From Eledone cirrhosa (lineage: Eukaryota): 64,000 nucleotides of DNA. This document shows, piece by piece, positions 45,993 to 62,235 of the stretch. Position numbers and translations under genes: made by a program. Each line of letters begins with the position of its first letter. The stretch's first letter is position 1. The notes below the pieces were generated by a model. The model was not told the origin of the DNA, searched no databases, and saw nothing but the letters and a program-made list of their open reading frames with translations. Location of the stretch: contig OZ024743.1 of NCBI GenBank assembly GCA_964016885.1, positions 239,692,001 to 239,756,000 of the forward strand, read 5' to 3'.

Positions 45993-46008
45993 ATATTTAT
46001 ATAAATAT

Positions 46009-46047
<39 letters not shown>

Positions 46048-46080
46048 CATACTTATATATATATATATTTATATAAATAT

Positions 46081-46236
<156 letters not shown>

Positions 46237-46245
46237 GTATGTATG

Positions 46246-46280
<35 letters not shown>

Positions 46281-46309
46281 GTGTATATTTATATAAATAT
46301 ATATATATG

Positions 46310-46340
<31 letters not shown>

Positions 46341-46664
46341 AATAAAACACATGTATATGTTATGACCCACAATGCGTAAAAATATTTATTTATTTACATA
46401 TATTTAACCATATTTACACAAACGAACACATAGACATGTGCAAGTATATATGAATCTATAGATGAACACACATTTCTATATATATACATAGATGCATACA
46501 TCATATGCGCACACTTGTGTGTGTTGTGTGTGTATTCATAGTGATGGAGAGAGAGACCATAATTTTTGTGAATCATTTGTATGTAATTATTTATACATAG
46601 ATAACAGAAGTTTACATAAGTGAACATATATAATTCATAGACTATATACATGTGTGTGTGTATG

Positions 46665-46778
<114 letters not shown>

Positions 46779-48899
46779 CACTTTATCTCAGTTTTTCCAT
46801 TTAAGAAATCGACTATGTTTTATGCCTAGAATTATGAGTCCATGCATACATATATTACATATATTTATTCAAATTCCTTCCATCATCATTATTTATAAGA
46901 ACGTTTGTTAAGTTATATTCCAAACAACAATGAGAAATTTATATTTCCTAATTCAAGTCTACTTTTTCCTTAATTATTCTTGATATTATTTCAAAACCAT
47001 ATGATGTCTTTTATTAGAAATATACTTACAAAACATGAAGTTTATTGACAGTGTTTCATTAGAATTATAGGCGGTGACTAAGAAGAATTAGGATAAAGAA
47101 AGAGTTAATACAGTGTTTCTTTGTGGGGTGTTAATGATAGCAACGATTACCCACAGTGAAGGGAAATAAGCCACGTTGAAATTAATAATAAAGACGAGGC
47201 ACAGCGGTGGTAAATATGTATTTAGCAATGAAATATGAATGAACATAAACATGAAATGTTCAGCACCAGAATCTATGTATGTATGTATATATAAATCCAT
47301 GTATGTATGTACGTATGTATGTATTTATGAATAGTGTATGTATGTATGTATTTATGAATACGAGTATGTATGTATGCATGTTTGTATGCATGTATGTATG
47401 AATGCATATATGTATGTACGTATGTATGTGTGTATTTATGAATAAGAGTATGTATGTATGCCTGTTTGTATGTGTATGTATGCATGAATACTTGCATGTA
47501 TGTATGAATGCATATGTATGTATGCATATGTATGTATGCATGTATATGTGTGTATGTATGTTTGCATGTATGTATCTATGTATGTATGTGTATATGTATG
47601 TATGTATGGATATATGTATGTGCGTATGTATGTATATATGTATGTATGTGTGTCAGGGTATTATATATGTCAGGGTGTGTGCGTATTTATGTATGTATAT
47701 ACGTATTATGTAAGTATGTGTGTATGTGTATGCGTATGTATATGATCTGATTTTATTTCTTTTATTACTATTCACTAAAAGTGGGAGAGGAAGAGCCGAA
47801 TGTTAACACAGACGAGGCATACATACATGCATACATGCATACACATACATGATGGCTGCTCCCTCGTTATCGAGTATGGCCTTTGCACGATATGCCATTA
47901 TTAATAATAATTAATTAATTCTATCGTGCAATGCCTGTGCGTGAAGATATTTTTAAAGTGAGGGAAAACTGTGCACTGAGCCAATCCCACTCTCTGAGCG
48001 GCAGTAGCTATAACCCGAAAAGAAGAAAAGATCAACATCATCGGTAACTACTGAGCCGCAGGTTTTATATCAGAATTATGCCAGTTTCCTGAGTTGCCTT
48101 CTCCTACATACATTCATACATACATATAAATATACATACAAACTTACATACACACTTACATACACACATATATACATGCATGCAAGCATACATACATACA
48201 TACATACATACATACATACATACATACATACATACATACATACATACATACATACATACATACATAAATTCATATATAGATCGGAATTTAAGCATCAAAT
48301 AGGTACGTATGTCTGTAAGTGTATGTGTGTATATATGGGGGTGATTACACGTGTTGATCTGTATGTTTTATGATACATATGCAAATATATGTATGTGAAT
48401 ATGTATGCATTTATTAGATGTTAAATTCTATGTATGAAAGTATATATGTATGATGTATGAAAGTATGTATGTGTATATATATATATATATGTGTGTGTGT
48501 ATGTATGTACGTATGTATGAAAATATGTATGTATGTATGTATGTAAACATGCATGTACGTATGTGTGTATATACGTATATATGCATGTACGTACATATGT
48601 ATATTTATAAATATGTATGGATGAATAGTTGGCTGTAAATGTATTTGTATATATGTGCAAGTGTATTAGGATGCATGTATGAAAATAACTCTGTATGTGC
48701 GCGTGCATATATGATTGTATATATTTACAGATGTGAGAACATGCGCAGTTGTGTGTGTCTTTTTATGCCCGTACCTGTGTATGTGTAAAGTCTCATCGAT
48801 ATAGATGTAAAGCGCATATACAGACATTCTCATGCAACAATGAACGCTATCTTAGGGCAGCATACAGAAAATATCACAGTTCATTGATTTTCAGAAAGT

Positions 48900-49033
<134 letters not shown>

Positions 49034-49056
49034 TATATATATATAGATGTATATAA

Positions 49057-49108
<52 letters not shown>

Positions 49109-49235
49109 ATATAGATGTATATAAATATATATACATATATATATATATATACATATATATGTATACATATATATATATATATATATGTAATCTGGTGCGT
49201 AATGGTCCATCTGGTTCCTTACCGCAACTCCTTCG

Positions 49236-49279
<44 letters not shown>

Positions 49280-49400
49280 GCTTATATATTGTGAAATACT
49301 GTTGGCTTCACGCTCATATATATATATATATATTTATTTATTTATTTATATATATATATATATAAGCAGACAGAGTGAGAAAGTTATGTATATATGTATG

Positions 49401-49456
<56 letters not shown>

Positions 49457-49690
49457 CACACGCAGCACCCACGCACACAACATATATGTGACCGGTTGAC
49501 TGTTTTTATATACATATAGGCGTTTAATTATGTGTTGATTAATTGCATAGATATGTATAAAACTATATTTATCTAAAATACTAAATGACCGAGTACTTAT
49601 TTCATACCCAGTACTACATAATAGATTACAATCTCCGTATGGTGGCACGTATGTATGTCGATTTATACATATATGGATACGTATATATAT

Positions 49691-49765
<75 letters not shown>

Positions 49766-49894
49766 TACATATATATATATATGTACATATATAAATATAT
49801 ATACATATATACACATATATACATATATATATATATGTACATATATAAATATATATACATATATACATATATACATATATATATACATATATAC

Positions 49895-49983
<89 letters not shown>

Positions 49984-50008
49984 CATATATATGTATATAT
50001 ACATATAT

Positions 50009-50063
<55 letters not shown>

Positions 50064-50090
50064 AGAAAAACCACAGACCCTCCATCTCAA

Positions 50091-50134
50091 TTCTACTTTT
50101 GAAAAGCAGAAGAACTGCGAAACCGGTAAAGGAA
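50091..50134 (+). ncRNA. Minimal type I hammerhead, U3-A8 variant
   Basis: ttc ta ctt-TTGAAAA-gcag aagaa ctgc-GAAA-c cg GTA-aag gaa; within TA-flanked element 50061-50205. Confidence 0.8.
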
Positions 50135-50202
50135 ACAAATGAATATATATATATATTTTTTTAAATAAGACACCAGTTTCATTTTCGATTTCATCCTTTT
50201 TT

Positions 50203-50267
<65 letters not shown>

Positions 50268-50269
50268 TG

Positions 50270-50310
<41 letters not shown>

Positions 50311-50381
50311 ATGGATCATTTGCATACGTAGATAGATATATATCATACTTCGGGTATTCATATGTATCTTTTCACACACAT

Positions 50382-50415
<34 letters not shown>

Positions 50416-50763
50416 GCTTATACACATACACACACATACACACACACAATTATATATATATATATATATATATATTTTTAGTATATGTTGGTTGTATATA
50501 TATAAACATGTATAGATACAATTATATGCATATATACATTGTGGTGAGAAGCTCTCTGGACGGGCTGGACAGCAAGAGTTCTTCAGAGAAAAAACCCACT
50601 GAAGCCAGTGTTTCGGCCCTTAACTTCTTACCCTCTAATTCAAAATTTCTTGAATTGGAAAACTAATGTGTTGGTAGTCATGGTAGCTGTGAGCCGTGAA
50701 GAGTACCACCGGCGCTGTCACCAACACTAGAAACCACGACTCACTCAGTATATACATAAATAT

Positions 50764-50839
<76 letters not shown>

Positions 50840-50909
50840 CATATATAATACATATACATATATATAGATATCTATATATGTATATATGTATATGTATTAT
50901 ATATGTACT

Positions 50910-50954
<45 letters not shown>

Positions 50955-50956
<2 letters not shown>

Positions 50957-51140
50957 TGGCTACACAACAGTTAGTTCACCATACCGAGAACAATTGTTTC
51001 ACCTTAGAGGATCCTCAGATGAAACAATTGTTCTCGGTATGGTTAACTAACTGTTGTGTAACCACTTCTACCTAACTCGTCCCATCAACTGAGTGCTCTG
51101 CCACTACGGATATTACCTTCCAGTGTTCTACCACTATGAT
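50955..51140 (+). mobile_element. Fold-back HHR 3' half plus element 3' end
   Basis: 50955-51001 is the reverse complement of 51020-51067; loop contains gagg at cctc; GAAAcaattGTTctcgg. Confidence 0.8.
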
Positions 51141-51151
51141 ATAAATATATG

Positions 51152-51391
51152 ATAACGTTGGTAGTCATGGTAGCTGTGAGCCGTGAAAAGTACCACCGGC
51201 GTTGTCACCAACACTAGAAACCACGACTAACTCAGAATATACATAAATATATACATACATACACATATATATATATATATGAATGTATGTATATATTTAT
51301 GTATATTCTGAGTTAGTCGTGGTTTCTAGTGTTGGTGACAACGCCGGTGGTACTTCTCACGGCTCACGGCTACCATGACTACCAACGTTAT
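51152..51391. repeat. Inverted pair of a ~105-bp sequence around a TA spacer; third copy at 50670-50770
   Basis: ttggtagtcatggtagctgtgagccgtg...ctagaaaccacgact in direct and inverted copies. Confidence 0.9.
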
Positions 51392-51470
51392 TTTTTTACA
51401 ATGAATATTACCATGAATATATTATTGGAACTATGCTTAATAAATGAGACATGTTAATGATAGAATGTCA

Positions 51471-51658
51471 TGGATTGGCAGTATCGGTAGCGGGTCGGAT
51501 GTCATGCTTTGACGCATAGAGTTATGGCCCTTTCTATTCTGAGTTCAAATCCCGCCGAGGTCAACTTTGACTTTCATCCTTAAAGGGGTCGATAAAATAA
51601 AGTACCAGTAATGTACTGGGATAATTGCTGGCCTTGTGCCAAAAGTAGAAATAATTAT
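51471..51658 (+). mobile_element. SINE family A, full length
   Basis: tggattggcagtatcggtag...gagttcaaatcccgccgaggtcaactttg...gccttgtgccaaaagtagaaataattat. Confidence 0.88.
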
Positions 51659-51760
51659 GAACCACTATATACTTCGTATCAGACCAAATTGTAAACGAAA
51701 TACAGACAAACACACTCTCATACATTAGTGAGACAAACACTCACACATATAGATACATAT

Positions 51761-51847
<87 letters not shown>

Positions 51848-52048
51848 TATATATATATATTTATTTATATATATATATATCAATATATTTATATATATAT
51901 AAATATACATACATATATTCATAGATACACACACACGCACACCCATACACATATATATATACATATATATATATACCAATAAGCATCTATACATATACAT
52001 TTATGCATACTCAGTTGTCTCTGTGCTGTGCGCATCGTTTTTTGAAAT

Positions 52049-52083
<35 letters not shown>

Positions 52084-52154
52084 GCGTGTGTGTCCCAAGG
52101 CTCTGATACCATCAACACTATAAACACAGAGCTGGCATATCTAAGGACTGACTA

Positions 52155-52210
52155 ACTGCCTGATGAGGTCATAGCCATTCAATGGCTATCATCGAAATAT
52201 ATATAGCAGT
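52155..52210 (+). ncRNA. Type I hammerhead ribozyme
   Basis: actgc-CTGATGA-ggtc atagccat tca atggctat catc-GAAA-t atat ATA-gcagt. Confidence 0.92.
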
Positions 52211-52251
52211 AAATAAAGGATTATGAGTTCATGCAATTGACTTATGTTTCG

Positions 52252-52283
<32 letters not shown>

Positions 52284-52291
52284 GCCAAGTT

Positions 52292-52513
52292 TCATGACCA
52301 TAGGTATGGGCTGGCACGAATACCGAATTGAAGAGGGCGTGTTTGACATTTACATCTACCCCTTCTTCTAATTACGTGATGTCGAAGCTGGAGTATTTCT
52401 ACACCAGCTCCTGCAATTGTTGCACTTAATTCAGTCCACTGCCTTCCATCTCTCGTGAATACGGGCCCGAGATACATGACATTCTCCACCAGCTTCAGTG
52501 GAATTCCACTCAC
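52292..52513 (-). mobile_element. RTE-like LINE fragment
   Basis: GIPLKLVENVMYLGPVFTRDGRQWTELSATIAGA resembles the RTE post-RT motif. Confidence 0.6.
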
Positions 52514-52563
52514 CTAGATTAGTGTAGGACAAAATAAAGGAGTGACACAAAATAACAAATCAC

Positions 52564-52604
52564 TCACTGAGGATGTCACAGAATGTGTGACGAAAGAGCT
52601 TTGA
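52564..52604 (+). ncRNA. Minimal type I hammerhead, family of 23360
   Basis: tca-CTGAGGA-t gtcaca gaatg tgtgac-GAAA-g ag CTT-tga. Confidence 0.78.
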
Positions 52605-52838
52605 CAATATATAAATATCCATCCGATTATTAAACCAACAGAACGAAAATTTATAATAAATTGAAGTGAAAACAAAAGTACAGGTGCGTATCGTTATATT
52701 GGCAACATGACCCTCACATAGTATAACAATATTTATATAAATATATATATTGTATATAAATGCCTCCATTATAGTGACATATTCAGCAACTTCTTTAACT
52801 GTGGGAACCTCGCTGACACCCATCGTTAGTTCACCAAT

Positions 52839-52922
<84 letters not shown>

Positions 52923-52935
52923 ATTAATTTTTTTT

Positions 52936-53185
52936 AAATAACAGATTAAAGTTTAAGCAAAGAATCGCTGCTTTCCCCATTTACGGGATCTTCTGAAACT
53001 CAGAAGATCCCGTTAAGGGTGAAAGCAGCGATTCTTTGCTTAAACTTTAATCTGTTATTTTAATAAATATTTTCTCTACGGTTCTTATATATTTGATATA
53101 TATTTATCCTTATCGATCCTTATATATTTATCCTTATCGAGCCCTCTTTGGATTTTGTCTTCAAATTTACTATTATTACTATATT
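52936..53185. mobile_element. Head-to-head pair of CAGAAGA-family HHR sequences
   Basis: 52936-52995 is the reverse complement of 53001-53060; the 3' part matches 43104-43165. Confidence 0.85.
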
Positions 53186-53756
53186 TATATATATATATAA
53201 ATATATATGAACACATACATATATATTTATATATCTATGTGTGTGTGTGTAGTGTAAGAATACTCAATACCAAAGTAGAGTTTTAATATTCATTTTTATT
53301 AAGGTTAAAATCACAATGATAACCCTGTGATAAACAGGCGAAACTCCAGAGTAACTAGACTAACATTTCATCCTTAATAAAAATGAATATATACATACAT
53401 ATATATATATATATATATATGGGGGGGGGGGGGGTGTATGTGTGTGTGTATGTGTGCGTGTGTGTGTATATATATATATATATATACATACTTTCGTTGC
53501 ATGATGCAGACATATATAGAGGTATATTTCGTTATGTATGTTATGTGACCTAGTTTTAACCTGTCGTATTATCTAAGCCCTCTCTGTGAACGTATATATG
53601 TTTGCATGTATGTATTTTTGTAAGTATATATGTATGTATCTATATGTAAATGTATATATTCATTCGATATATATGTATTCACACACACATACATATATAT
53701 ATTAATATATTTGTATATGTATGCATATATACAAATGTATAAATGTACAAATGTAC

Positions 53757-53788
<32 letters not shown>

Positions 53789-53853
53789 ATATACCCAACA
53801 TATATACGTATATATATGTATATACATATAAATAAATATATCTATATATCTAC

Positions 53854-53934
<81 letters not shown>

Positions 53935-54229
53935 TATAGACATTTATACACACAAAATACAAGATTACATACATGCAATCATATATACAATCAATCATAT
54001 ATACATTCATACATATATACATACATACACTTGTGCCCTCATGTCTTACGAAAGAAAAAAATTGAAGTGAAGGGATATTATCCATGTTCTACATTGAAGA
54101 TACGTAGATGCAGTCGAGATAATTGCTCAACACCTTAGGTTAAACTATCAGACACCAATACGTGTGGAACTTTACCATTACTAACGCCACACGAACACTA
54201 TCTCTAGTCCAAAGATATCAACTGCATGT

Positions 54230-54254
54230 ACCCACCATCTCCATCACCCCAACC

Positions 54255-54315
<61 letters not shown>

Positions 54316-54737
54316 ATACCACTATCATTATCACTACAATATTGACCACCTTCATACAATACTGACCACCTTCACTACCATTACACTGTCACCACAACCA
54401 CTACAATCATGGACGCTTTCTCTATCACCAGTTCTACTACCACTGACACCACCAACATCAAAACCACCACTACATCTATCGCCAATGTCACTACCACCTT
54501 CACCACTGCTACTAAGACTATCATCACCGTCACTACTACTACCACCACTACTATCACATACATGACTACGACCATCACTACCACTACTACCCCTACTACC
54601 TCTACTACCCCTCTATCTCAACGAACTACCATCAGCATCATTATTATCACCACTACATCAACCACCATCATCATCACTACAACAATCATCATCACTATAA
54701 TTACAGCCACCATCATCATCACTAGCACTACCACCGC

Positions 54738-54781
<44 letters not shown>

Positions 54782-55715
54782 CTACAGCAGCTATCTTAAT
54801 CTTTATCACTAATACAACAACCATCATCTCCATCACCATCACTACAGATATCATCATCCCCTCTGTTACCACGTTCTCCACCACCACCACATCCACCACC
54901 AACGCCACAACTATCACATGAAACATCACCATCATCGCTATGATCAATGCCATCAACATCACCACATTATAACCATCAAACCATCATCATCACTATATGT
55001 ACTAACAATACCACCGACAACATTACCCATACCAACGCCACAACATCAACAGCTTACCTCTACAAGATCACCATCTTGAAACCGACACCTCCACGCTCGC
55101 CACCATTACTATATTATTACTACAATTTTAATCAACGTCAACTCCTAAACCACCACCACCACTACCACCATCAGCAATGCCTCCACTACCACCACCACCA
55201 GCTCTACTATCACCACCACCATCATCGACTATACCACCACTAAGATCACCATCTATACCGCTACCAACACCACCATCAGCAATGTCAATGTTACCACCAC
55301 CAACTACACCACAAGCTACACCACGAGCTATACTAGCGCAAACACCAACGGCAATACCATCACCACCATACGTTAAACTTCAGTCTCCACCAATACCATC
55401 CCCATAACATCAGCAAATTATCATTACAAAAAATAACTACAAAAACAATAACCTTACCACCGCCACCAAAACCAACACTGTCTTGCCACCGACACATCAA
55501 CCACACTATAGCTGTTAGTTTAATCAACACCACCACCCATACCACCAATAACAGCACCAGATCTACTAACACCACCACCCATACCACCAATAACAGCACC
55601 AGATCTACTAACACCAACACCCATATAACTAATAGTACCACCAGCATCATCATCAGCAACAAACATTAGCAACCAGAAACACCAACACTGCCACCACCGT
55701 CAACCCCACCACCAA

Positions 55716-55748
<33 letters not shown>

Positions 55749-55950
55749 CAACAAGCAATACCTCAACAACTAACAATAATACCACAATGAACAATAAAAC
55801 CACCAATAATACCACCACTGCAGCTACTACGACCACCATATCACCCTCAACACCTCTGCCAACACCGCCACCGTTATCACCACCACCAGCGCAACCGCCA
55901 CCACCACAACCAACAGCAACAGCAACAACAACATTGCCAGCAGCAGTAAG
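54230..55950. repeat. (ACC/ACT/CAT/AAC)n low-complexity region
   Basis: Direct inspection. Confidence 0.9.
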
Positions 55951-56281
55951 TTCAGTCTTTGCCTGTCAACTGATTGTGATGATAATACATTTTGGGTGAG
56001 TCAGTCAGTTATTGGCCGTAGAATAGATAAGGTTTGTGTGTGTTGTAATTAGTTAGTGCTGGGTCCTTTCTCACCTTCCTTCCCATTCAGATTCTCTCTA
56101 TCTTGCTTTCTCCTTCTGTAACAACATATCGATCTATTCCTATATCACTTTCTCTTGACCTCACGTCTTTACTCTACTTCCTGCTCTAACAACACCACAT
56201 CTCTCTAGCCAGCTAGCTAGTTTTATGATTGTCTATGTCTATATTTATACACCTACCTATATCTATCTACCTATACCTGCA

Positions 56282-56373
<92 letters not shown>

Positions 56374-56383
56374 TCTCTCTCTA

Positions 56384-56436
<53 letters not shown>

Positions 56437-56516
56437 CGTTCATATTACCATTTATATATGTATGTATGTATATATATATATATACATATATATGTATATA
56501 TATATGTATATGTATG

Positions 56517-56690
<174 letters not shown>

Positions 56691-56691
56691 C

Positions 56692-56741
<50 letters not shown>

Positions 56742-56746
56742 GTATA

Positions 56747-56796
<50 letters not shown>

Positions 56797-56857
56797 GGAG
56801 GTGAGTTTAACACTTCACTGCTCGCAAGTGTTGTTTAAGCTTCATATCATGTCTCTC

Positions 56858-56928
56858 TATTTTATCTGATGAGAAAGCAAATAACATCCCATGATGATAT
56901 TTATTTTTGAAATGCGCATAATTAAATA
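56858..56928 (+). ncRNA. Type I hammerhead ribozyme
   Basis: tattttat-CTGATGA-gaaa..aaata.catc..gatg.tattt.tttt-GAAA-t gcgc ATA-attaaata; element 56795-56960 lies between TA tracts. Confidence 0.82.
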
Positions 56929-56978
56929 CTTCGAACTCTTTTAACCATCTTTTGATCTTATATTATATATATATATAT

Positions 56979-57042
<64 letters not shown>

Positions 57043-57046
57043 AAAC

Positions 57047-57116
<70 letters not shown>

Positions 57117-58199
57117 TATGGATAGATATAGATAGAGAGAGAGAAAGATTTATATCTCTCAATCTACTTATCTCTTTATCTAACTATCCCACTGTCTACC
57201 AAACTCTCCATCTCTCTCTCTCTCCATCTATCTATCTATCTATCTGTCTGTCTGTCTATCAGTCTACTTCTCTAATGGCAGCATGGGGAATCTTATTGAT
57301 GTTGTTGTTGTGTACATCTAGGCCAGCTGTGATGTAGGAAAATATGAAGAAATACATATATGGCGTCATGATCAATGGTGGCAGTGTTTAATATGTTGGT
57401 AGTGAGGATGGTTATTGTTGTTGTCTAGGTGCTCAAATTGTCGATGCACCTATTAAATTCGAAGCAGACTCTACCCTATTGCAAGTATTATGGCCACGTC
57501 TCTAGTTTGAGGAAACTTTCCTCTTTACCACTAGTCTTGGAGGCGCCAGAGAAACCTCATAGCTGGCCACTTACTTGGCCTCACCGAAAAAAACAAAAGA
57601 AAAGAGGGTTTAACCCTGACCCACAGGCCCCTTGGGTGACTTCAGTAGAGTCTACCGTGCTGCAAGCATTCGGACCAGGTACCCAAGGATGCCTTCCATA
57701 TTCACAACAGTCCTATAATTTCATATAAAAGCTCAGGCTCACCTGCAATGCTGTTTCTTCTGACATAGTGATAAAAAATATAAAAGAAAGGAAAATATCA
57801 CTTCAGTTTAAGAGAAGACCTCAATTTTATACCAATGCAGAGCAGAGAATATTAAAACGGAAATAGGAGAAAACAAAATGGCCGCCACTCGACAACCAAT
57901 ATTGGATGATATAGGAGTCAATTATTGAAAAAGAAAAAAATGAAAGACGGTTTGAGGTGGAAAAAATAGGAAATGAAAAAGCATATATACATAAGTAAAC
58001 CCTAATCCGATTTAACTCCCCTTGCGTGCCTTTATCTTGCTGTAATATAGATATTAGCTGTAAAAGATCGTCGGCAAATGAACCGATAACACATCTCATA
58101 CCTCGTTCACGTTTGATTCTGCTGAACATAGAGTGGGGAAAAAAGAATCTTTGCTTTGGCAAACGTTTTGATACATGTGGAAGAGATCTTTAAAGAGGG

Positions 58200-58326
58200 G
58201 AAGAAGAAGAAGAAGAAGAAGAAGAAGAAGAAGAAGAAGAAGAAGAAGAAGAAGAAGAAGAAGAAGAAGAAGAAGAAGAAGAAGAAGAAGAAGAAGAAGA
58301 AGAAGAAGAAGAAGAAGAAGAAGAAA
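58200..58326. repeat. (AAG)n microsatellite
   Basis: Direct inspection. Confidence 0.98.
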
Positions 58327-58655
58327 TTTATCATATAAATAATTTTGACATTACTATTTTCATTATAGCATTACAGTTGATGCTGTTAATGTTGTCGTTG
58401 TTGATGTCATTATGGTTGTTGTGTTTATTATTAGGTTTGACGCTGTCTATTATTGTTATTATTGTTGTTACTTTCCTTATTCCCATTCATTATTGTTGTT
58501 GTTGCTGTGGTTGTTATTGTTATTATTTTTGTTCTTCTTGTGGCTCTTGTTGTTCCTTTCCTTATTTTATCGCTATAAACACAATATTAGTCTAAGCTCA
58601 CGCAACGGTGAAACGGAAATAAGAAAAGTCTCTATCCACCACCGTTCGAAAGACA

Positions 58656-58726
<71 letters not shown>

Positions 58727-58893
58727 CATATAAATACATATATAGGAAAAAGTTTAGTATTGAGTACTCTGGTGTGTTATGGTCCATCTGGTTCCTTACC
58801 ACACTTCCTTCGTTATATACATATATATATATATACACATATATATATACACACACACATATATACACATATATATATATGTTTTTATATATA

Positions 58894-58932
<39 letters not shown>

Positions 58933-59045
58933 TATATATCTATATATACATAATATATTATATATATATATAATACTATATATATATATAATATTATATA
59001 TATACATATGTATATATCATATATAATATACATATATATACATAG

Positions 59046-59085
<40 letters not shown>

Positions 59086-59132
59086 GTATATATACATATA
59101 TATACATATATAGACATATATATATACATATA

Positions 59133-59236
<104 letters not shown>

Positions 59237-59452
59237 TATACATATATATACATATATGTATAATGTGTATATAATCAATGTTACGCGTCCTAAAATTTGA
59301 TAAAGGCTTTAGTTGAAATTGAAGCATATAACTTAGACTGTCATCATCCTGAGGTTAGTAAAATTAAGTACCAGTCTTGTACTGGGGTCAAGATCATCGA
59401 CATTCTCATCCTCCCAAATTTCTGACCTTACGCCAGAATTAGAAACCATTAT

Positions 59453-59625
59453 TGGTAGAGCGTCGGACGCCATGCTTTGCAACACAGAGTTGCGCCCATT
59501 TACGGTCTGACTTCAAATCCCGCCGAGGTTACCTTTGTCTTTCATCCTTACAATGTCTTAAAATACAGTACCAGTAATGTACTGAGATAATTGCAGGCCT
59601 TGTGCCAAAAGTAGAAACAATTATC
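59453..59625 (+). mobile_element. SINE family A, preceded by an older copy (59310-59452) and followed by (AAG)n at 59629-59780
   Basis: ggtagagcgtcggacgccatgctttgc...ttcaaatcccgccgagg...gtgccaaaagtagaaacaattat. Confidence 0.85.
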
Positions 59626-60227
59626 ATAAAGAAGAAGAAGAAGAAGAAGAAGAAGAAGAAGAAGAAGAAGAAGAAGAAGAAGAAGAAGAAGAAGAAGAAG
59701 AAGAAGAAGAAGAAGAAGAAGAAGAAGAAGAAGAAGAAGAAGAAGAAGAAGAAGAAGAAGAAGAAGAAGAAGAAGAAGAACCTCTTGCTATATCTCAGAA
59801 AAAACAACGACTATCGCCAACATCATAAACATGTTTACAGAAGTATATTTCCATCGTTACATAACAGTTACTCTCAAACAAAAACATTGGAAATTTTACG
59901 AGACATTTTTCTGGTCCTCACAGAATCACACTAATTCCCACATAAATACATATGTACATATATGCATACATACGGATATATATATGTATATACATATATA
60001 TATAGAGAGATAGATAGATAGATAGATAGATATATGGTTCATCTGGTTCCTTACCACAATTCCTTCGTTACTCTTTTACCTGTTTCAGCCATCCGGCTGA
60101 GGCCGTGCTGGGGCACCACCGTTACATACATTTTTTTATATTCATATATATATACCGTTACATACATACATTTATATTCATATATATATATATATACACA
60201 GACACAAATGTACACACAAACACACAT

Positions 60228-60275
<48 letters not shown>

Positions 60276-60280
<5 letters not shown>

Positions 60281-60700
60281 GAAATGACAGGAGACTGGAC
60301 TTGTGTAAATCCTTGAAAGGTTTATTATACTATGATCATTTCAAGGAGGGCGACCGGAAAAGGTGGAAGATGCTGGATGGCGGTCGTCCTCGGGTCTTTG
60401 ATTTTCAGCCCCATGGATTTTATCTATTACATTCACTTATTATATTTCGAATACCTGATGATATCACCGGATTCATACGGAAGCCGGTCATTGAAATGAT
60501 CATAGTATAATAAACCTTTCAAGGATTTACACAAGTCCAGCCTCCTGTCATTTCATTATAATATTTAACTCCGTAATAGCACCAGCAACTACAAAAACAA
60601 AGACGGTTGAACTGCTTTACGTTGAGTACTCTCCATATTATTACATTAAGATTGACCATACGGAATTGACCAGCTCTATACAGTGGTGAACCTCAAACCT
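60276..60700 (+). mobile_element. TA-flanked HHR element with inverted segment
   Basis: 60276-60344 is the reverse complement of 60491-60559. Confidence 0.85.
60451..60508 (+). ncRNA. Type I hammerhead ribozyme
   Basis: atac-CTGATGA-tatc accgg(...)ccggt catt-GAAA-t gatc ATA-gtat; palindromic stem III atgatcat. Confidence 0.85.
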
Positions 60701-60702
60701 GA

Positions 60703-60770
<68 letters not shown>

Positions 60771-60922
60771 ATTTGAATGGATACAGTTTAGTTGAAAGGA
60801 ATTTATTGACACGTGTTTCTATAACAGTTACATAACCTAAAACAGCTATCTACAAACTTTTAGTTATGCAGACATTCAATATTTCAATGTTATTATTTAC
60901 TGTCATTTCATCAGAATAATAT

Positions 60923-61037
<115 letters not shown>

Positions 61038-61170
61038 CTTATTCATTTTAAAAACTGAAGGACTCCATCCACACTCCAGGTCTCAACAAACCCGATTTCT
61101 TCCAAAGAATTGAGAATGGCAGAGAAAAAGTGGGGAAGAAATATAGAGCAAAAATGAATACCAGTACTGA

Positions 61171-61244
<74 letters not shown>

Positions 61245-61878
61245 TTATATTTATATTATATAATATATATGTATACATATATATATATAAATTATATATG
61301 TATATATACATATATATTATTCGTATATATATAAATATATATATTACAACGCTGTCAATAGAAAACGCTATTCGAGTGTATATAGTGCTGATGTACCGGT
61401 TTAAATAAAAGCATACAAAAAATGACATTATATATACATATATATATATATATGTGTGTGTGTCTGTGTGTGTGTTCGGAAATAGGACCATGTGTAACTG
61501 TCTGCATATTGTTTATGAATATTTGTGACGTGTATGCTTCTGCGTGCATGTATTTGTACTGTTTGTGTATATGTGTATGTGTGTGTTTCAAGTGCAGCAG
61601 ACATATTTCCAACAGGGAACTATTACACTCGACATCTTCAGCTTTCAGGGATATTTTAGATGGCGCCTTCGTCAGACTAAGAATTGACTCCTTAAATTAT
61701 TCATACCTCTCGCCACTCGGAGGTTTTTCTTTGTGTCTTTTCACCCCTCCCCACCGGACTCACCTTCTTCCTCAAATGTCTGCTCGTCTCACATATGTAT
61801 CACGTATCTGTAGTGTATGCATGCTGTATGAATTATCTGTTTACAATTCTACAATTCTGTGTATGTATTATGTACTCC

Positions 61879-61992
<114 letters not shown>

Positions 61993-61993
61993 T

Positions 61994-62024
<31 letters not shown>

Positions 62025-62101
62025 TTATATTTATATATATATATATGTATATATATATGTATATATATATATATATATATATGTGTATATATATATATGT
62101 A

Positions 62102-62142
<41 letters not shown>

Positions 62143-62196
62143 GTATATATATATATATACGTATGTAAAAGCTAAACAGAATCGGTACAGTATATG

Positions 62197-62235
<39 letters not shown>

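Noticed and set aside
53300-53365. cctgt/acagg-GAAACtccagaGTA with a short flanking inverted repeat
   Set aside because: Only a 3' half; no valid 5' core or stem I, so not called as a ribozyme.
57875-57906. YY1-like aaaatggccgcc plus CCAAT motif
   Set aside because: Short motifs with no linked gene or transcript evidence.
60870-60920. Minus-strand CTGATGA-aatg...catt-GAAATATTG
   Set aside because: Probably a decayed HHR, but stem I and the cleavage triplet cannot be assigned cleanly.
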